A model generated the notes under the pieces. It saw only the letters and a list, made by a program, of their open reading frames with translations. It searched no databases and was not told where the DNA came from. The translations under genes were made by a program, and so were the position numbers. Shown here piece after piece: positions 25,421-34,995 of a stretch of DNA of 64,000 nucleotides; the first letter of the stretch is position 1; the number at the start of each line of letters is the position of its first letter. Source of the stretch: an uncultured virus (IMG/VR IMGVR_UViG_3300030202_000991) (Duplodnaviria > Heunggongvirae > Uroviricota > Caudoviricetes); the IMG/VR virus record IMGVR_UViG_3300030202_000991, one strand, 5' to 3'.

Positions 25421-26614
25421 ATGAGTATTAATAAAAATACACTATTTGATTTTGCTGTGCCTATGACGCAACTAGTAGACGACATTGCGGATATAGGACA
25501 CAAGTGGACTATCATCATGCAGGGCGGCATGGGATGGGGTAAGACTGAATCCCTGAACTTGCTCAAGCAAAAACCTGCACTGAAAGACCATGTGTTTATC
25601 TACATTGATGGCACTACCAAGTCCGATTCCGGTGACTTCTATATGATCAAGTATTCAGATACCGGAGAGACGTTTACTACAGTACCTCATGAAGAACTTG
25701 GTATGCATCTGGAGCAACTGGGTAAGGATGTTGTTATCTTCTTTGATGAGATCGGTAAGATGCCGCGCTCTGCTTTCAATGCCATATTGCGTGTCCTGTA
25801 TGAGCGTAAGACTGCCAATGGATTGAAACTGTCGGACAAGTCCATTGTGTATGCGGCAACTAACATGGCAGCGGAAGGTCTGGGTGATGTGTTGCAAGCA
25901 CACAGTCGGAATCGCTGTCGTATTGCTACTGTCTCTGTCCCTACCAAAATGGAATGGTTGCAGTGGGCGATCCCTAATGCCATACACGAGTTTGTTATTG
26001 GCTACGCTAACGACAATAGCTTCATATTCAAATCATTCTTGGAGCATAACCTTGACCATCAAGGTAACTCTGAGCATCCTGAAATCTACGATCCCCGCAC
26101 CCCTGAACCCCCTGTTGCTTTCGTCACTGGCCGTTCGATGGCGCACGCTTCCGATTACTTCTATCTATATGACGAGCGTATCGCTAATGCGGTCAGTGGG
26201 GGGCACTTCTCTAATGATGTTGAGAAGAGTCTGAAACATAACCTCAAGTGCCAATTGGCAGGTGTAGTTGGGCCGAAAGCAGCGACTGACATGTTGACTT
26301 ACTTCTCTCTCCAGAAGGACTTGCCCACAGAGGAAGATATCATCAACACACCCATGACGGCCAAGATACCCAATGGTGGTGCAGCTCGTGCGTTATTGAT
26401 GGCGAAGTCTCTCAAGAACATGAGAAAAGAATTGGCCGCGCCGTGGATGAAATACCTCATGCGAGAAAGTGCGGGTGAGTTCACTAAGGTAGACCAAGCG
26501 GTGTTTGGTATGGGTGCTAACGTGAAAGGCTATCATGGCACTAAGGTGCTAGCACGCAATGAGCAGTATCAGAAGTGGGCAGAGCAGAATGTCATATTGT
26601 TTGGTAAGGCATAA
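25421..26614 (+). CDS. MoxR-like AAA+ ATPase
   Basis: Walker A GGMGWGKT, Walker B IFFDE, AATN sensor, SRNR Arg-finger region. Confidence 0.85.
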   Translation: MSINKNTLFDFAVPMTQLVDDIADIGHKWTIIMQGGMGWGKTESLNLLKQKPALKDHVFIYIDGTTKSDSGDFYMIKYSDTGETFTTVPHEELGMHLEQLGKDVVIFFDEIGKMPRSAFNAILRVLYERKTANGLKLSDKSIVYAATNMAAEGLGDVLQAHSRNRCRIATVSVPTKMEWLQWAIPNAIHEFVIGYANDNSFIFKSFLEHNLDHQGNSEHPEIYDPRTPEPPVAFVTGRSMAHASDYFYLYDERIANAVSGGHFSNDVEKSLKHNLKCQLAGVVGPKAATDMLTYFSLQKDLPTEEDIINTPMTAKIPNGGAARALLMAKSLKNMRKELAAPWMKYLMRESAGEFTKVDQAVFGMGANVKGYHGTKVLARNEQYQKWAEQNVILFGKA

Positions 26615-26625
26615 GGAGACTAACG

Positions 26626-27837
26626 ATGTTTGCATTAGCAGAGATAACACAAGAAGATCGGTTATACCGAGGACTGTGCCAAGTACTTGAGGACGATAGG
26701 TATTGTTGTCTTGCAGGAACAGCACAACTGGGGGAGTTTAAAATCGTTGATGATTTCCCCACAGCATACACCGATGGACGTAACGTTTACTTTGGCAGGG
26801 AGTTCATAACAAAACTTACCGATGCCGAAATTCGTGGGGTGATTGTTCATGAATTGGCGCACATATTCAGACGGCACATGCTCTCTCTTATGTGGATGTG
26901 GGAGAAAGACTCACAACTGTCCAATGTAGTTTGGGACATGGTGATCAACATCCAGATCACAGAAGAGAATGCACACGACAAGTTTGCTGTGTTGCCTGAA
27001 CCGCACATCTATGACGCCAAGTACAAGGGCAAGACAGAAGTACAGGTGTGGGAAGATATGTACAAGGAAGGACAAGGAGGTCAGGGGGGTAAGGAAGGTG
27101 ACGGTGAAGGTTCCGGTGGCTTTGATGAACATGGTGTCGAGAAGTTTAGAGAACTGACCGAGCAAGAACAGAAGGACTTGGATGATGAAACTACCGAGGC
27201 GATACGTCAGGGTCTACTTGCTGCCGAGAAGTCTGGCAAACCCAAGAACCAGAACATCGCTGATCTAGTTGCTGTGAAGATACCGTGGGATTCCATCTTG
27301 CAAGAGTGGATGGTGACAACGTTCGGTGTTGGAGAAGATGCCACGTTCCGCAAACCTAACAAGCGGTACTTGCACATGGACATCATTCGTCCCACTGCAA
27401 TACAGGACAGTCTTAAGGATGTACTAGTTGCGATTGACACTTCAGGTAGTTGTTGCAACGCGAAGGTATTATCGAAGTTCCTATCTATTGTCCGTAACAT
27501 CTTGGAGACAGTATCAGTGAACAAGGTACACCTTTTGTTCTGGGACACTGAGATCCGTAGATATGAAGTCTATGGTCAAGGACACGCACCTATATCAGAA
27601 CTAGTTAACACAACTATGCAGCAAGGTGCGGAGGGCGGAGGCGGTACATCACCCAACTGTATCCCTCTTTACATGGAGCAACACAACATCAAACCCGAAG
27701 GTGCAATTGTGTTAACCGATGGTTACATCTGGGGTGGATGGGGTGATGGGCTTTGGGACTGTCCTGTGTTGTGGGGCATCCTGAACAATCCCAATGCAGT
27801 TCCTACTAACAACAAAAAAGTTGATGTAACTATTTGA
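26626..27837 (+). CDS. Metallopeptidase-vWA protein (DUF2201-like)
   Basis: TAYTDG, HELAH (HExxH), MIDAS DTSGS, GGGGT, LTDG. Confidence 0.85.
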   Translation: MFALAEITQEDRLYRGLCQVLEDDRYCCLAGTAQLGEFKIVDDFPTAYTDGRNVYFGREFITKLTDAEIRGVIVHELAHIFRRHMLSLMWMWEKDSQLSNVVWDMVINIQITEENAHDKFAVLPEPHIYDAKYKGKTEVQVWEDMYKEGQGGQGGKEGDGEGSGGFDEHGVEKFRELTEQEQKDLDDETTEAIRQGLLAAEKSGKPKNQNIADLVAVKIPWDSILQEWMVTTFGVGEDATFRKPNKRYLHMDIIRPTAIQDSLKDVLVAIDTSGSCCNAKVLSKFLSIVRNILETVSVNKVHLLFWDTEIRRYEVYGQGHAPISELVNTTMQQGAEGGGGTSPNCIPLYMEQHNIKPEGAIVLTDGYIWGGWGDGLWDCPVLWGILNNPNAVPTNNKKVDVTI

Positions 27838-27845
27838 GGAGAACG

Positions 27846-29048
27846 ATGATGAATGAATTGGATTTACGTTATCAACTGAACTCTGTGCAAGAGCAAGCAC
27901 TCAAGTATGACACGCATCATACCTTGGGGTACTTCAATCCTGATAACAACAGAATATGGAAGTTGTTTCAGGAAGAGGGACTTCAGTTGCTCAGAGCTAA
28001 CATGGGTAGAGATGATGGCATTGCCGATCTTTACTATGCACTCAAGGACAAGTTACCTAATCATGTTATTGAACCTACGTGCTTGGTATCCAACGACCAC
28101 AAACAAAGTAAGTATGTAACGATAGATGATTGGAGTGGTGGGTTTACTGAGCTGTGCATAAGACACAAGGATGCGCCCTTTTACAATGCTATTGTGGGTA
28201 CTAGTTTTGTAGAGAATGATCTGGGTACACCCACTTTGAGGTACTACGTGGCTTCCCCTTTTATCCGTAAGGAAAGAGCACTTCCAGAATGCCCTAGCCC
28301 CTATCATCTGTTTGAGAGACGTTCAACTCAGACTAATGATATGAACAAAGCAATCAAGCTAGTCATGGGGCTTCCTCATATCACCTTCATACACATGCAG
28401 AAGGTGCTCTTCCACCGAAATGATTTAGCAGGTTATGCACAGAAGATGTTGGAACGTGACTTGGGTGATTACATAGAGTTGGCGCGTCAGTTTATATTCG
28501 ACTTGAGGCATGATACCACACTCAGTGACTATGAAGGGTTAAAGGGCAAGGCTTATACTGTAGAGAAAGCACTGCCGTTCGTAAACTCTTTGGCCCGGAT
28601 TATTAGTGGTGATTCTTCAGAACAACTTGTAGAAACAGTACATGCGAAGGACAAAGCAATAGAGTACCTTGCACGAGCCAAAACTTTACAAGAAGATTAC
28701 GAAGAGACAGCTAACTTACAGCCAGTGTACGTCATGCAGATGACGGAGCAGAGTCCTGTGTATTGTTTTATGGCAGCCTTTGAAACTGCGCGTCACACCT
28801 TTGGGTACAACACACACGTTCCTAGCAAACTGAAAGCTTTCACTAGTCCTTATGAAATGCCCCATAGCGTGAAGGGTAAGATAGCAGCAGTGGAGATCAA
28901 CGGAGAACAACTAACGGACATATCAGATAGATGGGAATACTTGTCCGGTGTGGGAGCTAAAGTAGGAGAACACGCCCACGAAGTATCCTTGTTCTGTGTT
29001 GCTTTAGACAAGGGAGAAATTGAGGAGCTATTTAGTGAGACAAACTGA
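27846..29048 (+). CDS. Hypothetical protein
   Basis: About 400 aa; ATG at 27846 after GAGGAG. Confidence 0.75.
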   Translation: MMNELDLRYQLNSVQEQALKYDTHHTLGYFNPDNNRIWKLFQEEGLQLLRANMGRDDGIADLYYALKDKLPNHVIEPTCLVSNDHKQSKYVTIDDWSGGFTELCIRHKDAPFYNAIVGTSFVENDLGTPTLRYYVASPFIRKERALPECPSPYHLFERRSTQTNDMNKAIKLVMGLPHITFIHMQKVLFHRNDLAGYAQKMLERDLGDYIELARQFIFDLRHDTTLSDYEGLKGKAYTVEKALPFVNSLARIISGDSSEQLVETVHAKDKAIEYLARAKTLQEDYEETANLQPVYVMQMTEQSPVYCFMAAFETARHTFGYNTHVPSKLKAFTSPYEMPHSVKGKIAAVEINGEQLTDISDRWEYLSGVGAKVGEHAHEVSLFCVALDKGEIEELFSETN

Positions 29049-29325
29049 TCTATTTAAAATAGAGGTATTGGTGTGTAGAGATAACAGCTTAAGCGATAAA
29101 GTTGTTGTAGAGAAAGTGGGGCGTGACACTACACGATGGGACTATCTTACTAAGCACTGTGTATTGCCAGTGGAAGAACTCCCTAAGTGGTTACAAAGAA
29201 AACTAGCGGTCTTGTTTTTAAAGAGTTACACCCCACCTACTGAAGACATTCCTCATGTTGGTAAGAGGATGAGCCGCACTGAATTTTGGGTATGCGTAGG
29301 AGGAAGCGATGGCAATGACCCCTGA
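29020..29325 (+). CDS. Hypothetical protein
   Basis: 101-aa ORF; EELPKWLQRKLAVL resembles the C-terminus of the preceding protein; start uncertain. Confidence 0.6.
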   Translation: MRSYLVRQTDLFKIEVLVCRDNSLSDKVVVEKVGRDTTRWDYLTKHCVLPVEELPKWLQRKLAVLFLKSYTPPTEDIPHVGKRMSRTEFWVCVGGSDGNDP

Positions 29326-29659
29326 GAAGAAAGTTAAACAAAGAGTTGTGAACATATTAAAAAACATGGACGAAGAAGTGTACTATTTCTTTCCCGCAAC
29401 AGGTGGATATGGGAGGTCAGGTGTCCCCGATATTGTTGTTTGTTTTGATGGTATGTTTTACGGAATAGAATGTAAGGCAGGTAAGAACAAACCAACTGCA
29501 CTACAACAACGTGAGCTAGAGAACATTAACGGTGCGGGTGGTGTAGCGTGGGTCGTCAATGAAGATAACGTGGAGTCTGTAGAAGAAGTACTGAGAACAA
29601 GAGAACATGATGGGCCGCGCAGACAGTCGTGGCAACAACTTATATTAGATTTGGAATAG
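29309..29659 (+). CDS. VRR-NUC nuclease (putative Holliday junction resolvase)
   Basis: TPEKKVK, GVPD, IECKAG, TALQ; PD-(D/E)XK. Confidence 0.85.
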   Translation: MAMTPEKKVKQRVVNILKNMDEEVYYFFPATGGYGRSGVPDIVVCFDGMFYGIECKAGKNKPTALQQRELENINGAGGVAWVVNEDNVESVEEVLRTREHDGPRRQSWQQLILDLE

Positions 29660-29669
29660 TAAGTTTGTT

Positions 29670-29918
29670 GGTAAGGGGGATAAGGTTTTTAGTCGATTTT
29701 TCCCTTTCCCCCCGATCCCAGAGGGCGGTGGGTCGTTCATGAAAAACACCCTCAGTGTATATTCCGATGTTTGGGCTTTTACTCCTTGATTTTGTGGGTA
29801 TGAGTCATCCTCATCTTGGAAGTATGCACCGGAGAAACCACGCTACGGTTAGTCGTGGTCTGTGTAAACTATTTGCTCCGATTAGGTGGAGTAAGTGTCA
29901 CCTACAGACCACGCACTT
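29670..29918 (+). ncRNA. Candidate structured RNA / leader
   Basis: About 280-bp intergenic gap with several stems including perfect CGTGGTCTGT/ACAGACCACG. Confidence 0.35.
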
Positions 29919-29938
29919 TAATAATTATTAGGAGAACG

Positions 29939-30307
29939 ATGATGAAACTATATACCACTGGACAAGGGCATTGGGCAGGTACGCAAGCCGATGCTCGTAA
30001 GACAAAGAAACGAGCAGGTATGGATTGTGCATTACACGAAGTGCCGACAGCTAAACCTGAACTGTTAGATTTCCTCAACAAACATAAAGTGTCCGTAACT
30101 AGTCTGGAAGGCAGCGTTAAGGTTAACTCTGTCAAACAAGTTGTTGACGTAGCACACGAAGAACACGAACAGGTTCCAGTAGCAAGTGTCCCAGATAAAG
30201 AAGAGTTCATTGGTAAGACCACCATGTTAGTAGGTAACGGCATGGCTAAAAAGATTCATGTTTATTTCTATGCCGAAAACATAGGGGGTATAACTGATGA
30301 ACTTTAA
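29939..30307 (+). CDS. Hypothetical protein
   Basis: ATG at 29939 after AGGAG; WAGTQADARK, EVPTAKPELLDFLN. Confidence 0.75.
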   Translation: MMKLYTTGQGHWAGTQADARKTKKRAGMDCALHEVPTAKPELLDFLNKHKVSVTSLEGSVKVNSVKQVVDVAHEEHEQVPVASVPDKEEFIGKTTMLVGNGMAKKIHVYFYAENIGGITDEL

Positions 30308-31802
30308 CTATGAAAAGTTTGTAAAAACAATAAATGAGATATTGAAGGGCGAGTACTTAGTCCAAGGAATACATAATACTGATACAGGCGACTTAAGTAT
30401 TAATGATGAGGCAATGCGTAACTTGGTACGACTAAGCCCAGAAGAACCTGTGGAACTAGGAGAGTTACGTTCACAAATTATCCACAATTGGCAACGTCCT
30501 ATAAGGCGACACAATGGATACGTTATGGACATAGCTGATAAAGGACTTAGAAAATGGGTTACAAAAGCGAAAGTAGCAGACGCTAAAAAACTTGCATCCC
30601 CTTCAACAGTGCATTACAAAATCAAAAATGAAGCTCTGGATATAATTATTCCTACTATGCGTAGGAACTCACGAAGGGTATTTACTAATAACTTTTTTAA
30701 TTCGCATCCTCCACACAAGGCTATGTTTGTCGAATGGGACAACGCTTATCTTCTCAGCAAGTTAGGTAAAGTGAAGGGTGAGTTTGAACCTCGCATACAA
30801 GGAGTTTGGATACAGGAAGCTAGTAGAATAGTTGACGGTAACAAGACTGAACACAGAGAGAAGAAAAGAGAAACCGTCATGGGTTATACTTACGATTGGT
30901 TTGGGCAACTCAAGCATGGAATACCGCACAAGGAAGGTTGGGGAACAGCATGGGAAGATAACTACGCCAAAAATAACTCCCATATCTACGAAACTTATCA
31001 GGAAGGTATGAACCTTTTCAATCTTGCTTTCCACGAGCAAACTTACACACATGAGCATATTCCTACTAACCCCGATTACCCAGATAGAGAATTTTGGTGT
31101 GCCTATATGTTTGCGCCATTTATGCACCACTTTAGTCATATCGCCAGTATCCCCGAAAGGTTTTCATTTGCACAAACTACTGGAGATATAATGTTAGCCG
31201 CTTCATCCGGTATGCCAAACTTAGAAGTTGGAGACCCATATTCAAAGGCGCTATCTCCAGATGAAATTACCATGCTTTCAAATTTAGCTTATGTTGATCA
31301 AGACACCGCTTCCGGTGGAGTGATACAAAGACCTTTAGAAAATTTCTCAGCTACCACAGGTTTTTCACACGAGTATACTCAAAATCACCCTGTAATAAGC
31401 CAATGTGCGATTGGTTGGTTCACTACGTTAACTAATATTATTTCTTTGATTAATCAACCGTGGGCAGTAATAGAGGAAGAAGGTACTACAGCAAGAGGCA
31501 CTAAGTCTGTAGCTGAGAACATTAACAAGGGACAACAGTTTAAAGTGATTACGCTTAACGTGCCGCAAGACAAAGCAATCAAACTGTTCAACAAGACGAA
31601 GGTACGCACGCGCAAATTTGGTACGGCAGAACATACAGTGCGAGGGCATTACCGTACCTACAAGAAGACCGGAGAGACTGTATGGATTGGAGAGCACGCA
31701 AGAGGAGATGCTAAATATGGTACAGTACATAAAGATTATGAAGTTGTTAAACGCGAAGGATTGCTTAAGCCAGTAATAACTACGAAGGAGGATAAGAAAT
31801 GA
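30297..31802 (+). CDS. Hypothetical protein with C-terminal HxVRGHxR motif
   Basis: 501 aa; EHTVRGHYR...VWIGEHARGD. Confidence 0.75.
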   Translation: MNFNYEKFVKTINEILKGEYLVQGIHNTDTGDLSINDEAMRNLVRLSPEEPVELGELRSQIIHNWQRPIRRHNGYVMDIADKGLRKWVTKAKVADAKKLASPSTVHYKIKNEALDIIIPTMRRNSRRVFTNNFFNSHPPHKAMFVEWDNAYLLSKLGKVKGEFEPRIQGVWIQEASRIVDGNKTEHREKKRETVMGYTYDWFGQLKHGIPHKEGWGTAWEDNYAKNNSHIYETYQEGMNLFNLAFHEQTYTHEHIPTNPDYPDREFWCAYMFAPFMHHFSHIASIPERFSFAQTTGDIMLAASSGMPNLEVGDPYSKALSPDEITMLSNLAYVDQDTASGGVIQRPLENFSATTGFSHEYTQNHPVISQCAIGWFTTLTNIISLINQPWAVIEEEGTTARGTKSVAENINKGQQFKVITLNVPQDKAIKLFNKTKVRTRKFGTAEHTVRGHYRTYKKTGETVWIGEHARGDAKYGTVHKDYEVVKREGLLKPVITTKEDKK

Positions 31803-31945
31803 ATCGAGACCCAGTAATGGTTGATCTTGATAGGTACTTAGACAGACAAGACCCTGAGTTCGTAGAGCAATGGGAGATTGATGAAGAGATTGCAGAGCGT
31901 GCAGCAGATGAAGCGTGTTCTACTTTTAAAGGAGAAAGCAAATGA
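31799..31945 (+). CDS. Small acidic protein (48 aa; below cutoff)
   Basis: GGAGG RBS; ATGA overlaps at both ends; MNRDPVMVDLDRYLD... Confidence 0.6.
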   Translation: MNRDPVMVDLDRYLDRQDPEFVEQWEIDEEIAERAADEACSTFKGESK

Positions 31946-32199
31946 CGCAAAATCGAAAGATGTGGGATATGGAATCGTTTAATAAAAACATTGAAGCAGT
32001 GAGTGATGACTGCGAGAAATTAATACAGAAGCATTTAGACGCAGGGGCAAATCCATTAGCGGTTTGCGGTGGGTTGATGGCTAATGTGTCTGAGTTGTTT
32101 AGGCTAGGGGCGTTTGGGCGAGAAGAGTTTGACGCTATGGTGGCAAGTGCATGGGAAAACTTTGGTGATCCAGATAATGATTCGCAGGTACTACACTAA
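31942..32199 (+). CDS. Hypothetical protein
   Basis: 85 aa; AGGAG RBS. Confidence 0.7.
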   Translation: MTQNRKMWDMESFNKNIEAVSDDCEKLIQKHLDAGANPLAVCGGLMANVSELFRLGAFGREEFDAMVASAWENFGDPDNDSQVLH

Positions 32200-32330
32200 T
32201 GGAAATTACTATAAAACTTGATGATCATGACACGAACCCTAAACACATTGAGCACTTTCTTAGTTTGCTTGAGAGAGTGATTGTTATATTAGAGGAGGAA
32301 CAAGTGGAGGACAAAAAAGGAGATGGATGA
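32199..32330 (+). CDS. Small hypothetical protein (43 aa; below cutoff)
   Basis: TAATG coupling; MEITIKLDDHD... Confidence 0.5.
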   Translation: MEITIKLDDHDTNPKHIEHFLSLLERVIVILEEEQVEDKKGDG

Positions 32331-32508
32331 CCTGAGTACTAATGTTTGTCCTCAATGCCACGCTATCTCTGAGCAAGTACTTAACATGGAAATACGACAG
32401 CGCGTTGGCTGGTACTGTTTAAAATGCCATTACTTTGAGAAAGCGATACTACGAGAAACAGTCATATATAAAGAAGGAGAAAACGATGTTGATAAAAAAA
32501 GTGAGTGA
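32323..32508 (+). CDS. Zn-ribbon small protein
   Basis: CPQC...GWYCLKC. Confidence 0.65.
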   Translation: MDDLSTNVCPQCHAISEQVLNMEIRQRVGWYCLKCHYFEKAILRETVIYKEGENDVDKKSE

Positions 32509-32686
32509 AGATTTTTGGCGATTGGAACTTGGGTCGGGGGATAGTAAATTAATTTGGTACGGCCCCTCTCGTACAGAAGTAAGGAACAAGTTTAACAAGT
32601 GGGCGCGGGATAAAGAGATGGAGAAGATCACTACTCACCGTTGTACACCCACAAGAGTTGCTAATCATCTTGCACATTTAGAATAG
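32486..32686 (+). CDS. Hypothetical protein
   Basis: ATG at 32486 after AGGAG. Confidence 0.6.
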   Translation: MLIKKVSEDFWRLELGSGDSKLIWYGPSRTEVRNKFNKWARDKEMEKITTHRCTPTRVANHLAHLE

Positions 32687-32695
32687 GAGAGGAAC

Positions 32696-33118
32696 ATGTT
32701 GTATGAATATAGCTGCACTATTCGATCTATTACTGACGGTGATGGACTACGTGTCGACATTGATTTGGGTTTCGGCGTTACTCTGCGCGGTGACAGTGGC
32801 AGGGGGGTTAACATTCGTTTGTTTGGAGTTGACGCACCGGAATCTCGTACACGAAATAAACAGGAGAAAGCACATGGTCTTCTTGCAAAGAAGTTCGTCC
32901 AAGAACATTGCAAAGTCGGGGAGACATACATCCTCCGAACGAAAGAGAAAGGAAAATTTGGAAGATGGTTGGGCGAGATTAAAACGCGAAAGGGACTTAT
33001 TACAAAACTACTTATCAAAAACAAACTCGCCGTTGCCTATCATGGGCAGAATAAAAAAGAAATTAAAGCAGCTCATGAAGCGAATCGGCAGGAGCTAATT
33101 AAGATGGGGCTTTTGTAG
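32696..33118 (+). CDS. Staphylococcal-nuclease (SNase/thermonuclease)-like protein
   Basis: DGDG, IRLFGVDAPESR, GKFGRWLG. Confidence 0.85.
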   Translation: MLYEYSCTIRSITDGDGLRVDIDLGFGVTLRGDSGRGVNIRLFGVDAPESRTRNKQEKAHGLLAKKFVQEHCKVGETYILRTKEKGKFGRWLGEIKTRKGLITKLLIKNKLAVAYHGQNKKEIKAAHEANRQELIKMGLL

Positions 33119-34995
33119 TGGATATAATAACGATAGATTTTGAAACTTATTACAGTAAGGCTTTTGGCTTTAAGAAACTTACCACTGAACAGTACGTGCG
33201 TAGCTCTGACTTTGAAGTCATTGGCGTTGCTGTAAAAGTTAATAACGGAAAGACTGATTGGCTCAGTGGTAACTATGAAGATTTGAAAACTTATTTAGGA
33301 GATAACTATGATTGGGGAAACGCTGCTGTTCTGGCTCATAACACTCTGTTCGATGGTGCTATTTTGCATTGGCTTTTTGGCATACGTTGTAAGCTCTATT
33401 TTGACACGCTTAGTATGGCTCGTGCACTTCATGGTGTCGACACCTCTGCATCTCTTAAATCATTGTCTGAAATGTATGGTATCGGACAGAAGGGAGACGA
33501 AGTTATCAAAGCCGAAGGAAAAAGAAGAAGCGACTTCAACGAACAAGAACTAGCAGAGTATGGTGACTACTGTATCAATGACGTGGAACTTACGCATAAA
33601 TTGTTTTCTATATTTATGAACAAACGCATGTTCCCGAAGATGGAACTTAAGGTGATAGATATGACCCTACGTATGTTTATCGAACCTCAATTAGTGTTAG
33701 ACGTGGGTAAGCTAGACCAGCACTTGGACAATCTTAAAGCACAGAAAGAACAACTTCTTACAGAGAGTGGAGTAGAACGAGAAAACCTGATGTCTAACAA
33801 TAAGTTTGCTGAACTATTAGAAGAGGTTGGAGTTACCCCACCAATGAAAGTAAGTCCTAGAACTGGGAAAGAAACTTATGCGTTTGCGAAAACAGACGAA
33901 GAGTTTAAAGCCCTACAAGAACATGAGGACATAAGAGTACAAACGCTGGTAACAGCAAGGCTTGGTTTAAAGAGCACTTTAGAGGAAACAAGAACAGAAA
34001 GGTTCTTAGATATATCCACTCGTGGTAAACAACTACCTGTACCTATCCGCTACTATGCAGCGCACACTGGAAGATGGGGTGGCTCTGACAAAGTAAACTT
34101 ACAAAACCTCCCCTCTCGTGGGCCTAACGCTAAGATACTTAAATCATCTATGTGCGCTCCAGAAGGTCACACAATTATCCAAGCCGATTCTGCTCAGATA
34201 GAGGCTAGGGTTCTCGCATGGTTAGCAGAACAAAACAATCTGGTACAAGCTTTTGAACGTGACGAAGATGTTTACAAGAAGATGGCAAGCACCATATACA
34301 ATATTCCTGTAGAGGATGTTTCAGCCGACCAACGTTTTATTGGTAAGACTACGATACTCGGAGCAGGGTATGGCATGGGCGCAGTACGCTTTCGGGATCA
34401 GCTCAAAACTTTAGGTGTAGAAGTTGGTGAGGAAGAATGTCGCAGGATTATAAAGGTATATCGGGATACCAATAGTAAGATCACAGGGTTGTGGCGAAAT
34501 GCAGGGGATGCACTAACTGGGATGCACCGCGACCAGAGATACGCTTTAGGTAGAGCTAATGTGTTAAAGATAATACCCAGAGATAATGCAATCCAGTTAC
34601 CGTCAGGTCTAAATATGTACTACAACAATTTGAAGATAGAGCATGATGACGAAGGACGACCACAGTTTATGTATAAGACAAGGCAAGGTTACATTAAAAT
34701 TTACGGCGGTAAGGTAATAGAAAATGTATGTCAGGCTATTGCGCGTTGTGTAATGGCAGAGCAAATGTTGGAGATACAAAAGAAATACAAGGTGTTGCTA
34801 ACAGTACATGATTCCGTGGTATGCTGTGTATCTGACGAACAAGTTGAAGAGGCTTGTAACTACATTAATTCCTGTATGGCTTTTGTACCCGAATGGGCAC
34901 TTGGCCTTCCCGTCCGTGGGGATGTGGAAACTGGGAAGAACTATGGGGACTGTATTGAATGGACACCAAACCTGCATGGTCTTTCAGCAGCTTAA
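33118..34995 (+). CDS. polA: Family A DNA polymerase with 3'-5' exonuclease
   Basis: ExoI DFET, ExoII HNTLFD, TGRWGG, NLQN, motif A DSAQIEAR, motif B KTTILGAGYG, motif C VHDS. Confidence 0.95.
   Translation: MDIITIDFETYYSKAFGFKKLTTEQYVRSSDFEVIGVAVKVNNGKTDWLSGNYEDLKTYLGDNYDWGNAAVLAHNTLFDGAILHWLFGIRCKLYFDTLSMARALHGVDTSASLKSLSEMYGIGQKGDEVIKAEGKRRSDFNEQELAEYGDYCINDVELTHKLFSIFMNKRMFPKMELKVIDMTLRMFIEPQLVLDVGKLDQHLDNLKAQKEQLLTESGVERENLMSNNKFAELLEEVGVTPPMKVSPRTGKETYAFAKTDEEFKALQEHEDIRVQTLVTARLGLKSTLEETRTERFLDISTRGKQLPVPIRYYAAHTGRWGGSDKVNLQNLPSRGPNAKILKSSMCAPEGHTIIQADSAQIEARVLAWLAEQNNLVQAFERDEDVYKKMASTIYNIPVEDVSADQRFIGKTTILGAGYGMGAVRFRDQLKTLGVEVGEEECRRIIKVYRDTNSKITGLWRNAGDALTGMHRDQRYALGRANVLKIIPRDNAIQLPSGLNMYYNNLKIEHDDEGRPQFMYKTRQGYIKIYGGKVIENVCQAIARCVMAEQMLEIQKKYKVLLTVHDSVVCCVSDEQVEEACNYINSCMAFVPEWALGLPVRGDVETGKNYGDCIEWTPNLHGLSAA

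Noticed and set aside
29660..29930. tRNA or known self-cleaving ribozyme
   Set aside because: No T-loop GTTCRA cloverleaf and no hammerhead CUGAUGA/GAAA core recognised by eye
32703..33098. 131-aa alternative-frame ORF inside the SNase gene
   Set aside because: No RBS or recognisable motifs; the SNase frame has all family motifs
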